DNA of 63,722 nt, the filler included, from Octopus bimaculoides (Eukaryota), in assembly GCF_001194135.2 (NCBI RefSeq). It is 4 parts of 4 records of this genome, joined end to end, with 100 filler letters (N's around TTAATTAATTAA, not from the genome) between each part and the next. Parts side by side here need not be neighbours in the genome. Positions count along the whole stretch, not along the records: positions 21,696 to 38,160 come from NC_068986.1; positions 38,261 to 43,777 come from NC_069010.1; 2 more parts are not named here. One strand, 5' to 3'. The notes under the pieces are model-generated. The model was not told where the DNA came from and did not search any database. It was given only the letters and a program-made list of their open reading frames with translations. How positions within the stretch are numbered: position 1 is the first letter of the stretch; every line of letters starts with the position of its first letter. Below are positions 29,021 through 39,561 of this stretch, one piece after another. A program made the position numbers and the translations under genes.

Positions 29021-29445
29021 TTGTATGTATGTATTAATTTATATTTATTGTTATACACTAACTGGCAAAAACGTTTACCATCCCAAGCATAACAATATCT
29101 CTGTGTGGGGGGGGGCGTGTGTGTGGATGTGAGTATAGGCTGGTGGCATTTGCTTGAATCTCTCTCCCACTCTATCTCTCTCTTTCTCTCACTCCTCTTT
29201 CTCTCTCTCTCTCTCTCGCTCTCTCTCCGTCATACACACACACATGCACACATTTACATTTTTACCATCAGATTCTCTCAGTGTAACTTATAGTTTACAC
29301 CACATAAATTTACCGTTGGTGCTTTAATATAACTGACTGACGCAGCTGAACTATTTCTGTTATGAAAGATTAATAAAGTATTAATATTTCCTTGTTCCTT
29401 TCGTCATCTTCAAATTTATGCTATTTTTTTCATTTAGATTTGCAG

Positions 29446-29610
29446 TTTGTTTCTTTCGCACTATGTTTATTTGCGTGCATTACATTGGTTTGTGGACTAC
29501 CAATAGAACCCTCAGAACCACCTATAAAATCAACAATAATTGATCTCAAGTTTGCGTTGACCACCGCGAAAATAGTATCGATTGCTGTAAACAATACCTT
29601 CAAAACTTAT
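29446..29610 (+). CDS. Putative IL-6/LIF/CNTF-like four-helix cytokine, first recovered coding exon (signal peptide + helix A): FVSFALCLFACITLVCG/LPIEPSEPPIKSTIIDLKFALTTAKIVSIAVNNTFKTY
   Basis: Acceptor ttttcatttagatttgcag|TTT, donor TAT|gtaagt; 165 nt, phase 0/0, no stops; hydrophobic stretch ending V-C-G|L-P resembles a signal-peptidase site. Confidence 0.85.
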
Positions 29611-29676
29611 GTAAGTTTTCACTTAATTCTCTAAGATTTAGTAAATTCTTATTCCATCTTAATATGCGCGGTACGT

Positions 29677-30107
29677 AAGGCGGCGAGCTGGCAGAAACGT
29701 TAGCACGACGGGCGAAATGCTTGGCGGTATTTCGTCTACCGTTACGTTCTGAGTTCAAATTCCACCGAGGTCGATTTTGCCTTTCATCCTTTCGGGGTCG
29801 ATAAATTAAGTACCAGTTAAACACTGGGGTCGATGTAATCGACTTAATCCCTCTGTCTGTCCTTGTTTGTCCCCTCTATGTTTAGCCCCTTGTGGGCAAT
29901 AAAGAAATAAGAAACGTTAGCACGTCGGGCGAAATGTTTAGTGGCATTTCGTCTGTCTTTATGTTCTGAGTTCAAATTCCGCCGAGGTCGACTTTGCCTT
30001 TCATCCTTTCAGGGTCGATAAATTAAGTACCAGTTGCGTACCGGGGTCGATCTAATCGACTGGTGCCCTCACCAAAAATTTCGGGCCTTGTGCTTAGAAC
30101 AGAAAAG
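29677..30107 (+). mobile_element. Dimeric tRNA-derived SINE with perfect 16-bp TSD
   Basis: Two head-to-tail units of the 'ggcggcgagctggcagaaacgttagca...gagttcaaattcc' family, flanked by AATATGCGCGGTACGT at 29661-29676 and 30108-30123. Confidence 0.9.
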
Positions 30108-30409
30108 AATATGCGCGGTACGTCAAAAAAACTGTCACATTTTACAATTTGACAATTGGATCAATAACAACTGCACGGAGCACACAAGTCCAAACCGTTG
30201 TGATAACTAAGAAACGAGTCATAAAACATTAGTTGTTATGTATTGAAGACATCCGTCAAGGTCAAAATTAACTTTCATTCCTCTGAGGTCGATAAAATCT
30301 CAGTATTGAGATAGATTTAAAAGGATTAACCCGATCCTGTGCATAATTATTGGTCCTCGCACCTAGAAATGATAGATGGAGCTGTAATAGTGTAATACAT
30401 TTTCTATTT

Positions 30410-31160
30410 GGTTGCACCTGTGGAAATTTTAAAGCTTAATGAAAATTTTAAAGTTGGTGTATAGATGTAATTTTCCACACTGAATTTCATGAGATAATTC
30501 ACTTTTCCCAGAAAAAAAAGCTTAAAAGACGTTACAGAGGTTTAAATTTTGATCATTTTTACCCAATCAAAAAACAAGATTTGAAAGCTGTCATTTTGTG
30601 CGTGACAGCACCAGTTGTCAACATTGCGAAGATAACAAGTGATTTAATATGAAACCGTAAACAAATGAAATACTCGCGGAATTCTGCTTTACCACGTCGT
30701 TTAGCCCCTCATAACTCTTATTTTGGTGGGATTTTCGAATTTATATTCTTCGCACGGAAATTCATACTATTATGCAAAAACAAAAAACAAAAACTTCTTG
30801 CATTAAGGCCTATTTAGCTGTTGTTTTTTTACATATCTCCCGATCGCCTCATACCTCATATTTTAAGCATTTAATAATCAAAAGATGATTGCGTGGCTTG
30901 ATAGGACAGCAGCAGAGTGGTAAGGAGCTTGATAACAGCATGGCTTGTTACTATGGAAACAGCCACTTATATGTCTGTGGCTTTCGATTGGCTAAAATTA
31001 CCCAAAATTTACAAACTTTAAAAGCTATTAACTCTTTAATTGTTGATTTATGACAAAATAAATTTCATGAAAATGATTACCACACAAAGCTGCACCAATA
31101 CACCAAATATGAAATCAACTGGAACAAAAATTGAAGAAACTGAAAAGTGGTAGCCCAACT
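30410..31160. mobile_element. Unclassified non-autonomous DNA transposon in a cytokine intron
   Basis: Imperfect long subterminal inverted similarity (ttggtgtat...tttcatga at both ends); non-coding interior. Confidence 0.35.
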
Positions 31161-31629
31161 GAAAAGATCCTAATACACATTAAAGCGGCCTCATAAGAAA
31201 AGCGGGCATTGTTGTACAACAAAGGTTTCGCTTATTTTCATTGATTATCAAATACGTTTTGTTCTTTAAATTCTGAAAATATGAAATCACTCGCTTCTTG
31301 GAGGCACGTCACTCTTAACACAAATCATAGTGCCTACGTTTTAATAAAATCCAAAATGAATAAACTGATTATATCAAAATTGGTATTTACATACAACTAA
31401 TCGTTTCGTAATATTTTAATTATTAGATTTATTTTAAATTAATGAAATCTTATTTGATTATTTTAGTATAGGAATGTAATCTTAGATTACTTTGTCGAAT
31501 TTTTATATAAACTACGATCCTAACTACAAAACGACTTGCTAGAATCATACAGAAATCTCGGATTGTTTACGTACATACTAGACAATTTTACCCTTTATAT
31601 ATTTAAGACATTATTGTAATCTTCTACAG

Positions 31630-31755
31630 TGTCCATGGACAAACATAAATAGATGCCATCAACTTGCTGACTATTTCCGTAACAAACTGGTCGTTCCATT
31701 ACCACAGTTGTCTCTTCAAGACAACATTACCAAAAACCAAACAGAATTGTTAAAT
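31630..31755 (+). CDS. Putative cytokine, next exon (AB loop): CPWTNINRCHQLADYFRNKLVVPLPQLSLQDNITKNQTELLN
   Basis: Acceptor cttctacag|TGT, donor AAT|gtaagt; 126 nt, phase 0/0, open and in frame with both flanking exons. Too short to appear in the ORF track. Confidence 0.85.
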
Positions 31756-33218
31756 GTAAGTAAAAACACCTTAACATTTAATTCGGATCTTCCTAAAATC
31801 TTTCTCACTGGTATTTTTTGTTTCTCTTTTAATTTTCTATACCAATATAATTTTACATGCTGATGACAAAAATTACATTCATTTTCAGTAGAAATAAATA
31901 AAATTTTTACATGCCCTTAAAATTTGAAATTTTAACCACTTGGAAACCAACATCGTTGACATACCAGAAATAACAATTCCCATGTGTTTACGTTAAAATT
32001 TTATCAATATGAAATCTTGAAAGGATATTGTTTTCTCTTGAATGGAAAGAATTGAATGAAAGAAAACGAAAACCATTATGGAGCTAAACAAAAATTAATA
32101 AAATACAATAAAAAATTATATGGCTGTGCAGTAAGAAACTTGCTTTGCAACCACATAGTTCCGGGTTCAGTCCCACTGCGTGGCACCTTGGGCAAGTATT
32201 TTCTAATATAGCTGTGGGCTGATCAGAGCCCTGTGAGTGGATTTGGTAGCCGGAAACTGAAAGAAGCTTGTCACCCAACTCCCACATACCCCACCCTACC
32301 CCTACCCTCACCTCCAACCCACACCGCNNNNNNNNNNNNNNNNNNNNNNNNNNNNNNNNNNNNNNNNNNNNNNNNNNNNNNNNNNNNNNNNNNNNNNNNN
32401 NNNNNNNNNNNNNNNNNNNNNNNNNTTTATTTTAACTTCATGTTATTTATTTGTCTAGTAGGACTGGTATTTTGAATTTTTAGTCGCTTTATTTTAACTT
32501 TTAGACCTTTTGTATTCTATTATATAAAAAATATATCTTACATTATTTATATATATTTTTAACTCGAATTAGATATATTTGTATTTTATTACAATATATG
32601 CTTTTTAAAATTGTACATTTTATATATATATGTATTATTTTTATATTATATGCTTTTCTTATGTGTTTGTGGACCATGGTGTATTTTTTATATATGATTG
32701 TTTGTTTGAGGGGTGGTGTTTTTGTTGAGTTGTTGACCCGAACATAATGTTTTTATTCTGTCACTAATGCCTTTATATATATATAAAACAAATTACATAG
32801 AGAAATACAATGGACAATCTAACAATTTATTTACATTATATGATATACTATACTATAAAATATAATATAACATAAGACAAATAAAGCCAACTATTTGCTT
32901 CGACTTATATACATTATTTGATTTATAAACAATTCTTATCTATATTATACAAGTCTCTTCAGTGTCAAGGTTCAAAAGGCAGACGAAATTCATGCTAGAT
33001 TGTAAAATATTGATTCGGAATACCTATTCTCAGAGCGACAAAAGTGTCCGATAGAATAAGTACTAGGCTTACAAAGAGTAAGTCCTGGGATCGTTTTCTC
33101 CGACTATAGACGGTGCGCCGGCATGGCGGCCGTCAAATGACTGAAAGAAGTAAAAACGAAGAGAAAAAGTATGAAAAGAAATAACTAAATCTAACACTAA
33201 CCAAATCTTTCATTACAG

Positions 33219-33437
33219 ATGGCCCTAGTCAACAGCTCTACCACACTCAGGAAATATGCCATCCTGATTAAGAACCAAGTGGAGATAGAACATGACCGTA
33301 TATGTGCTCCTGCCAAAATCATAGCAGTGCCGTGTCATTATCCAGCTGCCTGTTCTAAGCATATTTCTGATTCAAAGGCTATGAGTTATTGCTATTTGAG
33401 ATTTGTTGAATCCTATTTAACTGACTTGAATCTGTTG
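33219..33437 (+). CDS. Putative cytokine, exon encoding helices B and C: MALVNSSTTLRKYAILIKNQVEIEHDRICAPAKIIAVPCHYPAACSKHISDSKAMSYCYLRFVESYLTDLNLL
   Basis: Acceptor tctttcattacag|ATG, donor TTG|gtaagc; 219 nt, phase 0/0; matches track ORF 33219..33467 up to the donor. Confidence 0.88.
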
Positions 33438-33469
33438 GTAAGCATCGATATTGTAATCATTTCTTGAGT

Positions 33470-33680
33470 TTGAAGTCCGCAGGTGGTAAATCTGGCGAAT
33501 AGGGTGGGTGCGGAAGTGATACCATTTTGTTTTTGGCGAGGAACTCACGAGTGAGGAGAGCTTGGTGTACAGGGTGCATTGTGGTTGTGAAGAATTTAAT
33601 TTTACACGCTCCACAGATCCGGTCACTTTCGCCGAATGTCCACCCTGAAACGCATCCAGACACCACACTAGAACTCTCGA
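33470..33680 (-). mobile_element. Internal mariner transposase fragment inside the last cytokine intron
   Basis: 'HPVHQALLTREFLAKNKMVSLPHPPYSPDLPPADF' (YSPDLAP-type motif). Confidence 0.85.
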
Positions 33681-33681
33681 T

Positions 33682-33719
<38 letters not shown>

Positions 33720-34465
33720 ATGAGATCGTTATTTAAAGTACCGATCATATCAAGTGGCCAGCATGGGAATAAAAACCTCATAGGTAATAATTATTATTAA
33801 AATTATAATTAAGGGTATCTAAAAGATACCACCACGCTAGAGATAGCAGTCAAAACGTGACTCTAAAACCACATCAAGTATTCATACAGCACCAGGAGAA
33901 AGACAAAGAGACAAATAAACTAGTAAAAAATTATTGGTCTTAGAGTCAAGTTTTGGCAGCTATCTCTGACATGGCAGTATCTTTTAGATACCCTTAATTA
34001 TAATTTTATATATATGTATATATATTCTGTATTTAGCTTCTTCGTTGGTGGTTGTGGAATAAATGTTATCTCTAATATTGCTGTTTGTTCAAGCGTACAA
34101 TGTTGATTTTGACTGGTTAGTGTCTTCTTCTTAGAACGTGCGTGGCCTAGTGGTTAAGATGTGTATGCTTATGATCGCAACATCATGGTTTCGATCCCTA
34201 AACCGTGTGCTGCTGTGTGTTCTTAAGCAAGAAACTTCATTTCACTTTACTCCAGTCCACTCAGCAGTGAATGAGTTACTCTCAAACGGAGGACTGTCGT
34301 CTCGTTCAGGTGCAAATGTTGTGATCTCTATCACAGATAGACCTTGGAAACCGGACATTCAGTCCTATGAGTCATAGGACTCGAACCCCTCAATGTCCAT
34401 CGATCTTACTTTCCTTTTACTCTGCTCCTCCTATAATAATTTATATCTTTTTTCATGTATTTCAG

Positions 34466-34621
34466 ATATCCTTGGATTCTCGTGACACAAAAGTAGACGA
34501 GAGGCTTTTCTTACGAAAAGGCGCTTCAGCTTTTCATCGACGAATATCCATTCTGGTTACTCTACAGACACTTCTGGAACATGTAACCCTCACCCAAAGA
34601 ATTCTACAGATATACGAGTAG
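34466..34621 (+). CDS. Putative cytokine, terminal exon (CD loop + helix D): ISLDSRDTKVDERLFLRKGASAFHRRISILVTLQTLLEHVTLTQRILQIYE*
   Basis: Acceptor ttttttcatgtatttcag|ATA, phase 0, ends at TAG 34619-34621; amphipathic C-terminal helix beginning with F-H-R-R. Confidence 0.85.
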   Translation: MSLDSRDTKVDERLFLRKGASAFHRRISILVTLQTLLEHVTLTQRILQIYE

Positions 34622-35034
34622 TTATTGCTATCATTAGAATTTTAAAGAAATGAGATGAATATCTGGCGTGGCTATAGGTGCAAGCGTAGCTGTGTAAGAA
34701 GTGTCTTTCAACCACATGGTTCTGGGTTCAGTTCCACGAATAGCAACTTGGTACAAGTGTCTTCTATAACCTCGGGCCGACCAAAGCCTTGTGAGTGAAT
34801 TTACTAGACAGCAACTGAATGAAGCCCGTGGTGGATATGTGCATGTGCGTGTGGGCCTTTGTGTCTGTGTTTGTTCTCCACCATAATTTGACAACCAGTG
34901 TTGGTATTTCTACGTCCCCGTAGCTTAGTGGTTCGGCAAATATACTAAGCACTAAGCTTTAAAAAAGTAGTGGAGTCGATTGATTCGACTAAAATTTCTT
35001 CAACGCTGTAATCCAGCATGGTTGCAGTTTAATG

Positions 35035-35583
35035 CAGGGGTCGGCGAACCGGGGTAAATTACTCCACTTGGGGGTAAAAATGAAATTCTTGGGGGTAATG
35101 ATGACTCATTAGACGTAAATAAATTTTATAAAAAAATGTGTTCCTTGTTACGACAGAAATTTTTCTTGTGGCATGAGGAGGCAGTCGAGAATGTTGCTGC
35201 CTTTTGCAACAACCAGCCTCTGCGAATAAGGATTTTCAACTCCAATGAACGTAAACACAAAGCCGAATAATCGAATGGACCCTGAAGACTATATGCTCTG
35301 GCATCAAAATGCCCCAATTCTGATGTAATTGTAACAAAAATGAAACAACATTTCTCCAAAACCTGAAGTGAAAAAGTTTCTAGAAAAACCTTTTTGTTTC
35401 ATAATGAGGATATTAATTTATCTTATCGCGTTTGTTTTATACTTTTTATATTTATAATTGTATTCTCCATATAAATAGATTCAAATATTCTTTTGATTTT
35501 CTTCCTTTGAAATCAAGGGAGTAACTTCAGCGTAAATAAATATATTTTGTGAGTAACTGGTTAAAAAAGTTCGCCGACCCCTG
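35035..35583. mobile_element. Non-autonomous hAT (Charlie-like) element, 549 bp, inserted in a SINE
   Basis: Perfect 15-bp TIR CAGGGGTCGGCGAAC / GTTCGCCGACCCCTG; 8-bp TSD gtttaatg / atctaatg (2 mismatches); SINE tail sequence resumes on the far side. Confidence 0.9.
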
Positions 35584-35722
35584 ATCTAATGACGGAAACA
35601 AGTAATAAACGAAAGATAAAAAGTGATGGTATATAAGTATTGTAAATTATTGTTAATTATAATATTATTTATTATATAATATTTATTATATTTATTATAT
35701 ATTTATTACATATTTATTACAT

Positions 35723-35930
35723 AAGGCGGCGAGCTGGCAGAATCGCTAGCAAGCCGGGCGAAATACTTAACGGTATTTTCTCTGTCGCTACGTTCTGAGT
35801 TCAAATTCCACCGAGGTCGACTTTGCCTTTTGGAATCGATAAATTAAGTACCAGTAAAACACTGGTTCGATGTAATCGACTCATCCCCTCTCCCACAAAT
35901 TTCAGGCCTTGTGCCTATTGTAGAAAGGAT
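35723..35930 (+). mobile_element. SINE (ggcggcgagctggcag family); further copies at about 40700-40930, 56533-56760, 52680-53065 (-), 47330-47820, 18000-18370, 12700-12850, 9400-9540, 24560-24760
   Basis: Repeated about 230-bp consensus with tRNA-like A/B boxes and a shared gtcgactttgcctttcatcctttcggggtcga core. Confidence 0.85.
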
Positions 35931-36009
35931 TATATATTTATTAAATAATATTCATTATATACTTATTATATAATGTTTGTTATATATTTATTACAAATTT
36001 GTTATGGCT

Positions 36010-36200
36010 TCCCATCATTGTGGCTAGCGCACTACACATTCTTCATTTTCTCTCTTTGTTCCTTTTTGTGTGCCTTTCTGTGGAAGAGTGTAGGCTCGAA
36101 ACGTTAAAGACTTTTAATTCCCGAGCGTTATATTAATACATCTGTTTGTTGTCTACACCATCTGTCTTCGCCTTTTGTTTTTTTTGTGAATTCTCCCTAT
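36010..36200 (+). repeat. Penelope-type terminal repeat, copy 1 (copy 2 at about 58920-59100)
   Basis: Two diverged copies of an about 180-bp unit containing GAAGAG(C/T)GTAGGCTCGAAA(C/T)GTTAAAG and cccgagcgtta, each ending at (TA)n. Confidence 0.7.
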
Positions 36201-36407
36201 ATATTCTATTGCTATATGTTATATTTTAATGATTACTGATATTTTATATTTTATATCTTATATATGTAAGGCATAATATGTCATATGTATGTATATTGTT
36301 ATAATTGTCCTTTTAGTAAATAAATATATTAACATAATATAATGTCTATAAGTTGATGAATACCACCTATTAATCCCCTCCATTTTCTTATTCCTCTCTC
36401 ACTCTCT

Positions 36408-36455
<48 letters not shown>

Positions 36456-36565
36456 ATTTGGGGATGGTCATGTTGGCGGTTTAGCCAATAAAAGCACATG
36501 CACTGTATATTTAGTGTTAATTTGCTTCAGCTTTATATTACATTACATTACATTAATCATATTTC

Positions 36566-36610
36566 GGCCAGAGTTCTTTCGTCACACTTCTGTGACATCA
36601 TCAGTGGTCC
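36566..36610 (-). ncRNA. Minimal type-I hammerhead ribozyme motif
   Basis: Minus RNA GGACCA-CUGAUGA-U-GUCACA(GAAG)UGUGAC-GAAA-GAAC-UC|UGGCC: intact core, 6-bp stem II, stem I CCA/UGG, CUC cleavage triplet; stem III only 2 bp. Confidence 0.65.
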
Positions 36611-38260
36611 TTTGCTTTCTTCTTTCTTATATGTATGTCCCTCCTTGCTAACGATCAGCCATTTTTTGACAAAAATCTTGCAAAACATATATACGACGGG
36701 CTTCTTTCAGTTTCTGCCTACCAAATCCACTCACAAGGCTTTGGTCGGCCCGAGGCAACAGTAAAGAACACTTGCCCAAGGTGCCACGCAGTGGGAATGA
36801 AACCGGAACCATGTGGTTGGTAAGCAAGCTACTTACCACACAGTCACTCCTGCACCTATGCATGTATGTATGTATGTATGTGTATATATATNNNNNNNNN
36901 NNNNNNNNNNNNNNNNNNNNNNNNNNNNNNNNNNNNNNNNNNNNNNNNNNNNNNNNNNNNNNNNNNNNNNNNNNNNNNNNNNNNNNNNNNNNNNNNNNNN
37001 NNNNNNNNNNNNNNNNNNNNNNNNNNNNNNNNNNNNNNNNNNNNNNNNNNNNNNNNNNNNNNNNNAAATAAATAGACCTATGTACATTTCGATAGAACAT
37101 CCAGAATGATTAATACATATCATAAAATATTATAAAATATAGGATACTCCATCTCCTCAGGGTCCTATTATTATTGCTATCATCACCATCATTATTATTA
37201 GCAATACACATCCAAAAAAAAACAGAAACCATTCAAATCTAATTTTCATAGTTGACCCATGAAAATATACAAAACAGGATGAAAAGTAATAGATGGCACA
37301 CAACTTTCCATCTCAAATGTGCAATGAACGAGCAAACGGTAAATTTCCTCAAATCTAAACCTAAAAATTTTATATTATAATTTCATTTACTGTTCAATTT
37401 AGAACGCTATAAAATCCGTTAGAGTAATAATCATCAAAATAAATATCAAATTTAATAAATAAATAAATAAATAAAGAATGTAAGAAAGAAAGAAAGAAAT
37501 CATGCCGTAGAAAACAATTTTTAAAAACGTATAACATTCAAACTAGAATAAAACAAAAACACACTTAAATGATAATAACAATAATAATAATAATGATGAT
37601 AATGTTCTTAATAAATTCACTCTAAAAAAACTCTAGCATATACCAATATACACAATTAAAATAAAATTTAATCTTATATCAATTCAGCAAAAAAAAATTA
37701 TATCCCTCAGTACTATCACGTTATTTTACATCTCAATATCCGTAGAATAGAAACCCGTCTTCAATGAAAAAAACACACCTATAATAAAATTCTAACTCAC
37801 ACATACGGTAATACATACTACACTTATCTATATTCTAACTATACCTACACACACTCTAATATATATTTATATATTATACATCAAATATTAAATAAATAAT
37901 TAAATAAATAAACTGAAAAAATCAAACAAACTCATCTTTACCTATTTACTCTACGATTGTAAACAAAACAAAATCGCTTTCACCGGAACACCGGTCTTTA
38001 CCGAAAAAAATCCCCAAACAAAAACTATACCTCATACATATCGTGACTTTCTAATACACCTATCTTTATTCTTAATATATTTACCATACACTCCCATATA
38101 CACAGACAAACACACACACACACATACATATACACATATATACACATACATACACACACANNNNNNNNNNNNNNNNNNNNNNNNNNNNNNNNNNNNNNNN
38201 NNNNTTAATTAATTAANNNNNNNNNNNNNNNNNNNNNNNNNNNNNNNNNNNNNNNNNNNN

Positions 38261-38631
38261 CTTCCACGGGATCCCTCAACTGTTAGGGTGTGGCACTTTT
38301 TCACGCAGCTATCCTCATCCATTCTCACCACATGTCCATACCAGCGCAATCGTCTGTCTTGCACACCACAACTGATGCTTCTAATGTTCAGCTTTTCTCT
38401 CAAGATACTTACACTCTGACGGGTATTCACATTGACATTACACATCCAACGGAGCATACTGGCTTCATTCCTTGCGAGCTTACGCATGTCCTCAGCAGTC
38501 ACAGCCCATGTTTCACTGCCATGTAGCATGGCTGTTCGTACACATGCGTCATACAGTCTGCCTTTTACTCTGAGTGAGAGTCCCTTTGTCGCCAGCAGGG
38601 GTAAGAGCTCTCTAAACTTTGCCCAGGAATT
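38261..38631 (-). mobile_element. RTE-clade LINE ORF2 C-terminal fragment
   Basis: 'KFRELLPLL...KGRLYDACVRTAMLHGSETW...RRLRWYGHVVRM'; runs into a gap. Confidence 0.9.
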
Positions 38632-39561
38632 TTAATCCAATTACAATCGTAATGTTGATTGATTAAAAATTGTTTACTTTGCTTTGTCAAGAATAGCGGT
38701 ACACACAACACACACACACACAAATGCACACATACACGCATAAATCCAAACACACACACAGACACAAATACACGCACACACACACATACACGCACACACA
38801 CAAATGCAAACAGAAATGCACACACAAACACAAATCCAAACACACACACACATAAACAGACCGTGGAGTTTCAACTCTTGTTTGTGTGTTTGTCTTCTTC
38901 TTGAAATCTTATTTTCTTTTTTTCCTGTTTTCCTTTTTGCTTTTGTTTCTGTTTCCTGTTGTCTTCGTATTCTCTCAATTGAGAGACACATCCTGTAATA
39001 CACGTGTGTGTGTGCATGTGACACGACAGAGGATCGAGCTATGTGGCACATTGCTGTACTCAAGAAAACCAGGCCACCACTACAGAACTGATATCCTGAA
39101 ACCGAGGCATCATAAAAATCATATCTTTGGTGTGGGTGCTTGGGCTAGGTAAAAATCACGCAGTACACTACGTAAAGTGGTTAACAGACTATGGGGACCT
39201 GTTGTAGGGCCTGGACTTGCCAGTTTCTGTCCAACTCATGCCAGCATGAAAAACGGACGTTAAATGTTGATAATGATGATGATGATATATATTAGAGTAT
39301 TGTCAGGTCTTATTACAGGCCTAAGGGACCGCTAACCTGACTCCCTCACTTGAGCAGCTTGGTACGCTTGTGAGGAAGACGTCTGGACACCTGGCAGGAC
39401 TAAGAACAAGTTCTGTTGAAGAGCAGATGAGCTCCTTGTAGGACAACAGCCATCTTTTTGGGGACAGCAATGGCAAACCATACCCAATATCCCTGCCAAG
39501 AAAACACTTAAATCAGAGTCAAGTAACGCTATGGCTTCATACGATGGGAGAACACATGCTA

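Noticed and set aside
29362-29445. ATG AAA GAT TAA TAA A spliced to acceptor 29438 as an RNA-editing-rescued start
   Set aside because: It would need two stop codons each doubly edited and a 60-nt intron; too contrived.
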